From NCBI GenBank assembly GCA_963754315.1, contig CAVWFS010000008.1:480001-544000 (forward strand): a DNA stretch of 64,000 bases. Direction: 5' to 3'. Position 1 is the stretch's first letter. Every line of letters begins with the position of its first letter. A program made the position numbers and the translations under genes. Shown piece after piece: positions 50,721 to 58,929 of this stretch. The notes under the pieces are model-generated. The model saw nothing but the letters and a program-made list of their open reading frames with translations, was not told the origin of the DNA and did no database searches. This stretch comes from an uncultured Candidatus Rokubacteria bacterium (GTDB taxonomy: Bacteria; Methylomirabilota; Methylomirabilia; Rokubacteriales; CSP1-6).

Positions 50721-50988
50721 GCTGGTCTTCGATGCTCCCTGGCAGGGCCGGATATTCGCCATGGCGGTGGCGCTATCCGAGCAAGGAGTCCTTCCGTGGG
50801 AGGAGTTCCGTCAGGCCCTCATCCGCGAGATCGCCGCCGCGGAAGTGCGAGGGGGCGAGTTCCGTTATTACCACGCGTGGCTGGCCGCGTTCGAGGGGGC
50901 CTTGGCCGCGCGCGGTGTCCTCAAGGTCGCCGATCTGGAGGAGGCTGCCTTTCAGTTCGAGTTCGGTGAGCGCGATGATGTGGCCTGA
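50650..50988 (+). CDS. Nitrile hydratase accessory/activator protein domain (NhlE/P14K-like, beta-subunit N-terminal homolog)
   Basis: [43 protein letters not shown]; frame is open from 50650, first possible start GTG 50701 has no RBS. Confidence 0.85.
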   Translation, partial: AETDRARLLTDLAGATAVPRRNGELVFDAPWQGRIFAMAVALSEQGVLPWEEFRQALIREIAAAEVRGGEFRYYHAWLAAFEGALAARGVLKVADLEEAAFQFEFGERDDVA

Positions 50989-51007
50989 TCGGCCCATCCT
51001 CGATCGC

Positions 51008-52447
51008 TCAGCGTAGAGCCGAAAGGGCAGGGCGGCGCCCGCTCCAGGGTCGGGCCGCCTCGAGCTGGGCGGCGAGACGGAACAAGGTGGCCTCGTCGCC
51101 GAAGCGTCCCGTGAACTGGGTGCCGATAGGCAGACCCGCCTCGTTCCAGACGAGCGGAACCGACATGGCGGGCTGACCGGTGGCGTTGGCGACGTAGGTG
51201 AACGGCGTGAAGGCGGCCATGCGACGCCGGAGCGCGAAGGGATCCTGTCCTGTGTAGGCGAAGGTGCCGAGCGGCACCGGGGGCTCGCCCAATGTCGGGG
51301 TGAGCCACACGTCGTGCTCGACGAAGTAACGTGCGACCTCCCGCGAAATTCGCTGCAGGCCCTGGGTCATGGACAGGTATTCCGGAGCGCTGAACGTGCG
51401 GCCACGTTCGACGAGCGCCCACGTGAAGGGCTCGAAGTACTCGGGCGCCGGTGTGCGGTGGAGCCGGTGGCTCCAGTCGTCGATCGCCCACGCGAAGCCT
51501 GCGGCGAGCACGCTGGTGAAGAGTCGCCAGAATTCCTCGCCCTCGATGGGTGGCACGCCTTCCACCACCTGGTGGCCGAGCGATTCGAGCAAGCGGGCCA
51601 CGTCGTGTACGGCCGTCCGGCAGTCGGGATGAATGTCTTCCCCCAGCAAGGTGCGGGTGGAGAAGACCACCCGCAGTCGCCCCGGCGCAACCCCGACCTC
51701 GTGCGCGAACGGACGAGGAGGGGAAGGTGCCTCGTAGGGATCGCCGAGACCGGGGCCGGCAGTCGTGTCCAGCAGGAGAGCACTGTCGCGCACGGTGCGG
51801 GTGAGGGCGTGCTCGACGATCAAGCCTTCCATCATGTCGCCGTAGAGAGGCCCCAGCGGATTGCGGGCGCGCGTAGGCTTGAGCCCGAACACGCCGCAGC
51901 ACGCCGCCGGAACCCTGATGGAGCCGCCAGCATCGTTGCCGTGCGCCATCGGCACCATGGCCGACGCGACAGCGGCGCCGGCGCCGCCGCTGGAGCCGCC
52001 GGCGGTGCGCGAGGGATCCCAGGGGTTGCGCGTGGCACCGTAGAGACGCGGCTCGGTCGTGGGACCGAGACCCAGCTCCGGCGTGTTGGTCTTGCCGACC
52101 ACAATCAAGCCCGCCCGCTTGTAGCGCCGCACCAGTTCCTGGTCCTCAGCTGGCACGTAGCCTCGGAGGAACGCGGAGGCCTCGTTGAAGGCGACACCAG
52201 CGTACTCTGCCGCCAGATCCTTGAGGAGGAAGGGGACTCCTCGGAAGGGACCCTCGGGCAGTGGCCGTGAGGCGGCCTCGCGTGCCTGCTCGTACATCGG
52301 GATGACGACCGCGTTCACGCTCGGATTGACCCGCTCGATGCGATCGATGGCCGCCGTCACCAGCTCGAGCGCGGTGACTTCCTTCTTTCGGACCAGCTCG
52401 GCCTGGGCCGTCGCGTCGAGCACGGTGAGCTCGTCCAGGGTCGCCAT
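51008..52447 (-). CDS. Amidase signature family enzyme
   Basis: [33 protein letters not shown]. Confidence 0.92.
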   Translation of the reverse strand: MATLDELTVLDATAQAELVRKKEVTALELVTAAIDRIERVNPSVNAVVIPMYEQAREAASRPLPEGPFRGVPFLLKDLAAEYAGVAFNEASAFLRGYVPAEDQELVRRYKRAGLIVVGKTNTPELGLGPTTEPRLYGATRNPWDPSRTAGGSSGGAGAAVASAMVPMAHGNDAGGSIRVPAACCGVFGLKPTRARNPLGPLYGDMMEGLIVEHALTRTVRDSALLLDTTAGPGLGDPYEAPSPPRPFAHEVGVAPGRLRVVFSTRTLLGEDIHPDCRTAVHDVARLLESLGHQVVEGVPPIEGEEFWRLFTSVLAAGFAWAIDDWSHRLHRTPAPEYFEPFTWALVERGRTFSAPEYLSMTQGLQRISREVARYFVEHDVWLTPTLGEPPVPLGTFAYTGQDPFALRRRMAAFTPFTYVANATGQPAMSVPLVWNEAGLPIGTQFTGRFGDEATLFRLAAQLEAARPWSGRRPALSALR

Positions 52448-52464
52448 GCGACGGTTCCGGAACG

Positions 52465-53412
52465 CTAACGGGGGCTGCCGGCGCGCATGATGGTGGCCGC
52501 GAAGCGCTCCATGCGCTCGATGTTCTCTGACAGCCGCTCGCCGCGGAAATCGAAGATCATCTCGCTCACCCCGAGCCGGCCGTAGGCCGCGATGTCGTCC
52601 ATGATCTCACCCGTCGAGCCGGAGAACGGCCGCCGCTTCTCGCCGTCAGGGGCGAGGGTCGTGTCGTACACCGGAGCTTTGAAGGAGATGGTGAGAGCCT
52701 TCGGATCGCGTCCGGCGGCCTCGGTGAGCCGGAACAACTCGTCGAGCGACGCGCGCAGCTCTGCCGGACGCAGAGGGACGGCGGGATTGGCGCCGACCGG
52801 ATGCCAGCCATCGCCCAGGCGCGCGACTCGCCGAAGTGCCGGCTTGCTGTGGCCGCCGATCCACAGTGGCGGATGTGGCTTCTGGATTGGCAGCGGCTCC
52901 GAGCGCAGCTCGTCGAATCGGTAGAAGTCACCCGCGAAGCTGGCAGGCGACTTCGTCCACAGCGTCTTGTAGATGCGGATGTACTCGTCGGTTGCGGCCC
53001 CTCGTCGGTCGAAGTCGGGTGCCGCCAGCGCCTCGAATTCTTCGCGAAGCCAGCCGACCCCCACCCCCACCGTCAGGCGGCCCTTCGACAGCACGTCGAT
53101 GGTGGCGAGGGCCTTGGCCGTCACCACCGGATTGCGATAGGGCACGATCATCACGCTGGTTACCAGGCGGAGGCGACGGGTCTTGGCAGCCGCGAAGGTG
53201 ACCAGGGTCAGCTGCTCGAGCGCGTCCCCTTGCCCCGGAAAGACTCCGCTCACCGTGTAGGGATACCTGGACTTGATGGTGGTCGGGAAGGCGACATGGT
53301 CGGCGACCATCACCGAGTGAAAGCCGAGCGCCTCCCCGCGTTCCAGGAAGGTCTCGATCGCCTCCGGCGTAGCGCACGCGCCGCGGGTGGGAAGGTAGAA
53401 GCCGTAGCGCAC
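52465..53412 (-). CDS. LLM-class (probable F420-dependent, Rv2161c-like) oxidoreductase
   Basis: GFHSVMVADH, TIDVLSKGRL, GVGWLREEF, PIQKPHPPLWIGG, GDGWHP; GTG start after AAGGAG. Confidence 0.85.
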   Translation of the reverse strand: MRYGFYLPTRGACATPEAIETFLERGEALGFHSVMVADHVAFPTTIKSRYPYTVSGVFPGQGDALEQLTLVTFAAAKTRRLRLVTSVMIVPYRNPVVTAKALATIDVLSKGRLTVGVGVGWLREEFEALAAPDFDRRGAATDEYIRIYKTLWTKSPASFAGDFYRFDELRSEPLPIQKPHPPLWIGGHSKPALRRVARLGDGWHPVGANPAVPLRPAELRASLDELFRLTEAAGRDPKALTISFKAPVYDTTLAPDGEKRRPFSGSTGEIMDDIAAYGRLGVSEMIFDFRGERLSENIERMERFAATIMRAGSPR

Positions 53413-53423
53413 GGTAGTCTCCT

Positions 53424-54656
53424 TCACCGACCTCCGGTGGGCAGGTCCTGGAACGCTCCGTCCTTGTCCACGCGGATGTCGGCGGGCAGGCCGAGCACGC
53501 GCTCGGCGATGATGTTCTTGAGAATCTCGTCGGTGCCGCCGGCGATCCGGGCACCGGGCGCGTAAAGAAGCGCGTCCTGGAAGGCGGCTCGCATGGGCGT
53601 CAGGGACGGGTCCATCACGGCGCCACCCACGTCCATGAGATCGAGGGCGAAGGTGGCGATCTCCTGGAGCTTGGTGGCACTGACGATCTTGCCGATGGAC
53701 GCTTCGGGACCAGGCGTCTGGCCACGCGACAGCGCGGTCATGGTCCGGAACTTGGTCCAGCGCAGTCCCTGTTGACGGACGTACCAGTCGGCCAGCTTCT
53801 CGCGAACGGCCGCGTTCTCGAGCGCGGGGCCGTCCTCCAGCTCGAGCGTGCGGACGAGGTGGAAAATCTCGTCGAAGTCGGGGCCGCGCACGTCGCCCAC
53901 GGCGAGCCGCTCATTCATGAGGGTGGTGATGGCCACGCCCCATCCCTGACCGACTGCGCCCAGACGCTGGCCATCGGGCACCCGCACATCGGTGAAGTAG
54001 ACCTCGTTGAAGTTGGAAGCTCCCGAGATCTGCTTGATCCGTCTGATTTCGATCCCTGGAGATTTCATGTCCAGGAAGAAGAACGTCAGGCCTTTGTGCT
54101 TGGGGGCCTTCGGATCACTTCGGGTCACGATGATGCCGTAGTCAGCAAAGTGAGCGCCCGACGTCCAGATCTTCTGGCCGTTGATGACCCACGAGTCCCC
54201 GTCGCGTACGGAGCGGGTGCGAAGTCCTGCCAGGTCAGATCCCGCCGCCGGCTCCGAGAAGAGCTGACACCAGATCTCCTCGCCCGTGATGGCGCGGGGG
54301 ACGTATCGATGGCGCTGGACGTCGGTGCCGTACGCCATCAAGGTCGGAATGCACATACCGAGGCCGATCTCGAAGTACCCCCGCGGCACGAAATAGGCGG
54401 CCTCTTCCTGGTTATAGATCACCTGCATGATGGGTGATTCACCCCGCCCGCCGAGCTCGACAGGCCAGGTGATGGCGGCAAGGCCTGCTTCTGCCTTCCG
54501 CTTCTGGAACTCCTTGGCGCGCCGAAGGCCTTCCGCCTCCCCATGGCGCGCGGGCCATGTCTCGAACGACCCGGCCTTGCGCTCGACAGTGGACTCCAGG
54601 AAGCGCCTGACCTCGGCGCGGAAGGTTGCCTCGACTGGGGTATCGTTGAAATCCAT
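53424..54656 (-). CDS. Acyl-CoA dehydrogenase (large subunit of a paired ACAD)
   Basis: WCQLFSEPAAGSDLAG, NGQKIWTSGA, FNEVYF, TTLMNER, IAGGTDEI. Confidence 0.92.
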   Translation of the reverse strand: MDFNDTPVEATFRAEVRRFLESTVERKAGSFETWPARHGEAEGLRRAKEFQKRKAEAGLAAITWPVELGGRGESPIMQVIYNQEEAAYFVPRGYFEIGLGMCIPTLMAYGTDVQRHRYVPRAITGEEIWCQLFSEPAAGSDLAGLRTRSVRDGDSWVINGQKIWTSGAHFADYGIIVTRSDPKAPKHKGLTFFFLDMKSPGIEIRRIKQISGASNFNEVYFTDVRVPDGQRLGAVGQGWGVAITTLMNERLAVGDVRGPDFDEIFHLVRTLELEDGPALENAAVREKLADWYVRQQGLRWTKFRTMTALSRGQTPGPEASIGKIVSATKLQEIATFALDLMDVGGAVMDPSLTPMRAAFQDALLYAPGARIAGGTDEILKNIIAERVLGLPADIRVDKDGAFQDLPTGGR

Positions 54657-54664
54657 GGGTCGGC

Positions 54665-55777
54665 TCACGCGGCCTCGCGCGCCGTGAGGCGCGTGACCAG
54701 AAGGTTCTTCCAGTAGCGGCTACTGCCGAGCGACAGGGCGAGCAACTTGGCCCGGCGGTAGTACATGTGGCAGTCGAACTCCCACGTGAAGCCCATGCCG
54801 CCGTGGGTCTGGATGTTCTCCTTGGCGGCGAGGAAGAAGGCCTCGCTGGCGCTGATGCGCGCGGCAGCGGCCGCCACCGGGAGCTCGCCGGCCGCGTCGA
54901 CCGAGAGGGCCCACGCCCCGTAGTAGGCGTTCGAGCGGGCCAGCTCGAGGGCCACGTAGATATCCACGAGCTTGTGCTTGATGGCCTGAAAGGACGCAAT
55001 AGGTCGCCCGAAGGCAAAGCGTCCCAGCGCGTACTCGCGCGCCATGTCGAGAGCAGCCTGGGCTCCGCCGACCTGCTCGAACGCGAAGAGCACGGCGGCC
55101 CGATCGAGCAAGCGCGCCACGAGGGGCCAGCCCTCGCCGAGTGGCTCGGCGGCCGCATTCGTGAAGACAAGGCTTGCATGCGAGCGCGTGGGATCCAACG
55201 TGGCCACTGGCGTGCGAGTCACGCCGGGGGCGCGCAGGTCCACCAGGACCAGCGAGACTTCCCCTGCCATCGCCCCGCGTACGACCACGACGGCCACGTC
55301 GGCCACATCCCCGTCCGCCACCGGCACCTTGACGCCGTTGACGCGGCCATCCGCCAGGCGTGTCTGTAGCGTTTCGGGGCGAGGCGGGTACGGTCCTTCG
55401 GCCAGCGCGAAGCATCCGATGACCCGTCCGCTCGCCAATGCGGGTAGCCAGCGCGTCTGCTGGGCGGCGGAACCCGCCAGGAGGATCGCTTCTGTGGCCA
55501 GGTATACGGACGAGGAGAATGGGGTGGGAGCCAGGCTGCGTCCCAGCTCTTCCGCGATCACACACAGCTCGAGGTATCCGTAACCCGCCCCACCGAATCG
55601 CTCCGGAATCGCCGTCCCCGGCCATGCCATCTCCACCATGCCACGCCAGAGGTCCGTGTCGTAGGGGGCATCTGTCTCCAGAACACGGCGCACGCGTGAG
55701 GGCGCCGCCCGTTCGCTGAGGAACTTGCGGGCCTGGTCGCGCAGGACCAGCTGTTCTTCAGAAAAATCGAAGTTCAT
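54665..55777 (-). CDS. Acyl-CoA dehydrogenase (short partner subunit)
   Basis: MNFDFSEEQ, EELGRSLAP, LDPTR, FGRPIASFQAIKHK, QTHGGMGFTWE. Confidence 0.92.
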   Translation of the reverse strand: MNFDFSEEQLVLRDQARKFLSERAAPSRVRRVLETDAPYDTDLWRGMVEMAWPGTAIPERFGGAGYGYLELCVIAEELGRSLAPTPFSSSVYLATEAILLAGSAAQQTRWLPALASGRVIGCFALAEGPYPPRPETLQTRLADGRVNGVKVPVADGDVADVAVVVVRGAMAGEVSLVLVDLRAPGVTRTPVATLDPTRSHASLVFTNAAAEPLGEGWPLVARLLDRAAVLFAFEQVGGAQAALDMAREYALGRFAFGRPIASFQAIKHKLVDIYVALELARSNAYYGAWALSVDAAGELPVAAAAARISASEAFFLAAKENIQTHGGMGFTWEFDCHMYYRRAKLLALSLGSSRYWKNLLVTRLTAREAA

Positions 55778-55827
55778 CGCGTATCCTCCGGGGTGCCCAT
55801 GATATGCCAATCACCCTGGAGGTGGCG

Positions 55828-56736
55828 ATGACGACAAAGCCGGCCGTGAGCCTGGCCGCGGTGCCCGGGCGTCGACAGACCACGGTGGAGCTCGCGCAGC
55901 GGCTCGAGCAGGAGGGCTTCACGGGCATCTATTGCCCGAGTATCGGCGATGGCCTTGGGCTCTCGCGAGGCCCTCGCCCTGGTCACCCGCGAGATCCCGT
56001 TCGGCACCAGCATCGCGAATATCTACCTCCGACACCCACACGACTATGCCCAGACGGCGGCCCTGATCCACGAGCTGTCGCGCGGCCGCTTCCGCTTCGG
56101 AATCGGATAAGCCACGGGCCGACGCACGCGCGGCTGCATTTACAGGTAGGGAAGCCCCTGGCGGACATCCGACGCTTCGTGGACGATCTCCGGGCAGGGG
56201 CCCAGAACGCCGGGGAGCTGCCGCCCATCATCCTTGCCACCTTGCGGCGCCGGATGGTGGAGCTGGCCGCCGAGATCGCCCAGGGCGCCGTGTGGGCCAA
56301 TGCCGCGCGTTCGCACATGCGCGACTCGCTCCGGCACCTACCGTCGGGGCGCCTGCACGATCCGGCATTCTTCATCGCCGATATGGTCCCGACGTGTATC
56401 GACGACGACCGCGCCGCCGCCGCTGCCGTGAACCGTCGTACGCTCACCGGGTACGTGAAGCTTCCCAACTACCAGAACTACTGGATCGAGGCGGGCTTTG
56501 CCGAGGAGATGCTCGCCATCCGTCAAGCCATCGCCGATCGACAGGAGGAGCGAATTCCTGCCCTCATGTCGGACCGCTGGCTGCGCGAGGTGAGCTTGTT
56601 CGGAAGCATCGCGGACGTCCGCGAGGGTATCGAGGCCTGGTACGAGACCGGCATCAAGACCCTCATCGTGGTGCCCTCGTCAACCCGGGGAGGCCAGATG
56701 GTTGCCTTCCAGGAACTCATCGCCGCCTTTCGCTAG
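55828..56736 (+). CDS. LLM-class flavin/F420-dependent oxidoreductase with two compensating frameshifts (about 55963 and 56106)
   Basis: The +1 frame between the indels reads EALALVTREIPFGTSIANIYLRHP..AQTAALIHELSRGRFRFGI, a classic LLM segment; also PIILATLRRRMVELAAEIAQG. Confidence 0.82.
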   Translation: MTTKPAVSLAAVPGRRQTTVELAQRLEQEGFTGIYCPSIGDGLGLSRGPRPGHPRDPVRHQHREYLPPTPTRLCPDGGPDPRAVARPLPLRNRISHGPTHARLHLQVGKPLADIRRFVDDLRAGAQNAGELPPIILATLRRRMVELAAEIAQGAVWANAARSHMRDSLRHLPSGRLHDPAFFIADMVPTCIDDDRAAAAAVNRRTLTGYVKLPNYQNYWIEAGFAEEMLAIRQAIADRQEERIPALMSDRWLREVSLFGSIADVREGIEAWYETGIKTLIVVPSSTRGGQMVAFQELIAAFR

Positions 56737-56744
56737 GAGACCCC

Positions 56745-58892
56745 ATGCCCGATCTCAGACCCCTGCTGTGGCCGCGCTCGATTGCCCTCGTCGGCGCCTC
56801 CGACAACAAGGAGATCATCCGTGGCCGACTGCTTCACATCATGCAGTTGCGTGGCTTCCCGGGGCAGATCTTCCCGGTGACGCCGAGTCGGGCGGAGGTG
56901 CAGGGCCTGCAGGCCTACCCGTCGGTGGCCGCGCTGCCCGAGCCTGTCGACCTGGCCATCATCGTGATTCCATCAGCCGCCGTGCTCCAGGTGCTGAGCG
57001 AGTGCGGCGCGCGCGGGATCAAGGCGGCCATCATCATCACTTCCGGCTTTGCCGAGGAGCGGGGCGAGGAGGCGCGCGTCCGCCAGGAGGAGCTGCAGAG
57101 TATCGCCGCGCGCTACGACATGGCCATCTGCGGGCCCAACTGCGAAGGTCTCGTCAACGCGCTGAAGCCGATGGCGGCCACGTTCAGTCCGTCCCTGGAG
57201 AACCAGGACTACCGGCTGCTCCCCGAGGTCGCGACGGGGCGCCCCATCAGCGTCATCGCCCAGAGCGGGGCGCTCAGCTTCTCGTACCTGAACCGCGGCG
57301 CCCCCCGTCAGCTGCGCTTTACCTACCTCATCAGCTCCGGCAACGAGGCGACGCTCGAGGGACTGGATTACGTCGACTACATGCTCGACGAGGAGCGCAC
57401 GGACATCTTTCTCATGTACATGGAGGCGGTGCGCAACGCCGACACGTTCCACCGAGTGGCGGCGAAGGCCGCCCGGCTGGCCAAGCCCATCATCGTGGGA
57501 AAGGTCGGTCGCTCGGACGCCGGACGACGCGCCGCGGCCTCCCACACCGGGGCTCTGGCCGGCTCTGACAGCGCCTACGACGCACTGTTCCGACGCTACG
57601 GGATCGTTCGGTGTGAGGACATCGACCAGATGATCGATACGGCGGCGGCTTTCGCCTTCAATCCGCTTCCCAGGGGCCGCCGGGTGGTGGTGCTGAGCGC
57701 GTCCGGCGGGGGGGCAGCCTGGATGGCCGACATGTTCGCCGCGCAGGGACTCGAGCTGCCGGAGCTGGACGTGCAGACGCGCAAGGAGATCGACCCGCTC
57801 CTGCCGTCGTACGCGTCCTCGCAAAACCCCGTCGATCTCACCGCACAGGCGACCCGCGAGGTCGGATACGCGCGAGTCATCGAGATTCTCCAGCGCTCAC
57901 CGATGGTCGACATGATCGTGGTGGTGGGCTCGCTCGCCACCGAGACCCTCCTGCGACGGGACATCGCGGGGCTGACTCGTGTGGCGCAGGCGAGCACCGT
58001 CCCCATCGCCTTCTGCGCCTATACAAACGCCTCGCCGGCGGCGGTCACCCTGCTGGCCGGGGCCGGGATCCCGGCCTACACGAGCATGGTCAACTGCGCC
58101 AAGGCTCTGCGAGCCCTCGCCGACTACGCGGACTTTCAGCGACGATGGCGAGGGCGAATCGAGCCCGAGCGCACGCCGTCGGCGAGGGCCACCGACGTCG
58201 ACCGCCGTCTGCGCGCGGCCGGCTCCGTGCTGTGCGAGTACGAAGCGAAGGAACTCCTGGCGGCCTACGGTATCCCTCGTCCGCGCGAGGAGATGACCAG
58301 CAATGCCGAGGGCGCGGCGGCAGCCGCTGGCCGCCTCGGCTACCCGGTCGCTCTGAAAGTCCAGTCGCCGGACATCACGCACAAAACGGAGGCGGGGGCG
58401 GTGGCGCTGGCCATCGGCACCAAGACTGACCTGCGGCGGGCGTACCGGCGTGTGCTGAGCTCCGCCCGCGCCGCTCATCCTGACGCCGATCTCCGGGGCG
58501 TGCTGGTCCAGCAGATGGCCCCGCCTGGTGTCGAGATGATCGTTGGTGTCACGCGCGATGAGACCTTCGGGCCCCTGCTCATGCTGGGGCTGGGCGGCGT
58601 CCACGTCGAGGTGTTGCGCGACGTCGCCTTCGCGCCGGTTCCCCTCACACCCGAGGATGCGCGTGATCTGCTGGGCCAGCTCCGGGGCGCTCGGCTCCTT
58701 CAAGGGGTGCGTGGAGCGCCGCCGTCAGATGTGGAGGCGCTCGTCGACCTGCTGGTGGCTGTATCCTGCTTTGCCGCCGACCACCGCGATACCGTGGCCG
58801 AGATCGATCTGAATCCGGTGATCGTTCATCCCAGAGGGCAGGGCCTATCCGTCGTGGATGCCCTGATCGTCACCGCAGGGCCGCCTTGGTGA
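56745..58892 (+). CDS. ADP-forming acyl-CoA synthetase (acetate--CoA ligase family, CoA-binding + ATP-grasp)
   Basis: PRSIALVGAS, GPNCEG, AQSGA, SSGNE, AASHTGALAG (phospho-His), NPVDLT, HKTEAG, EIDLNP. Confidence 0.92.
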   Translation: MPDLRPLLWPRSIALVGASDNKEIIRGRLLHIMQLRGFPGQIFPVTPSRAEVQGLQAYPSVAALPEPVDLAIIVIPSAAVLQVLSECGARGIKAAIIITSGFAEERGEEARVRQEELQSIAARYDMAICGPNCEGLVNALKPMAATFSPSLENQDYRLLPEVATGRPISVIAQSGALSFSYLNRGAPRQLRFTYLISSGNEATLEGLDYVDYMLDEERTDIFLMYMEAVRNADTFHRVAAKAARLAKPIIVGKVGRSDAGRRAAASHTGALAGSDSAYDALFRRYGIVRCEDIDQMIDTAAAFAFNPLPRGRRVVVLSASGGGAAWMADMFAAQGLELPELDVQTRKEIDPLLPSYASSQNPVDLTAQATREVGYARVIEILQRSPMVDMIVVVGSLATETLLRRDIAGLTRVAQASTVPIAFCAYTNASPAAVTLLAGAGIPAYTSMVNCAKALRALADYADFQRRWRGRIEPERTPSARATDVDRRLRAAGSVLCEYEAKELLAAYGIPRPREEMTSNAEGAAAAAGRLGYPVALKVQSPDITHKTEAGAVALAIGTKTDLRRAYRRVLSSARAAHPDADLRGVLVQQMAPPGVEMIVGVTRDETFGPLLMLGLGGVHVEVLRDVAFAPVPLTPEDARDLLGQLRGARLLQGVRGAPPSDVEALVDLLVAVSCFAADHRDTVAEIDLNPVIVHPRGQGLSVVDALIVTAGPPW

Positions 58893-58929
58893 TCTGCCGG
58901 CGGTATACTTGGGTGGCTGGGCCCGGGAT

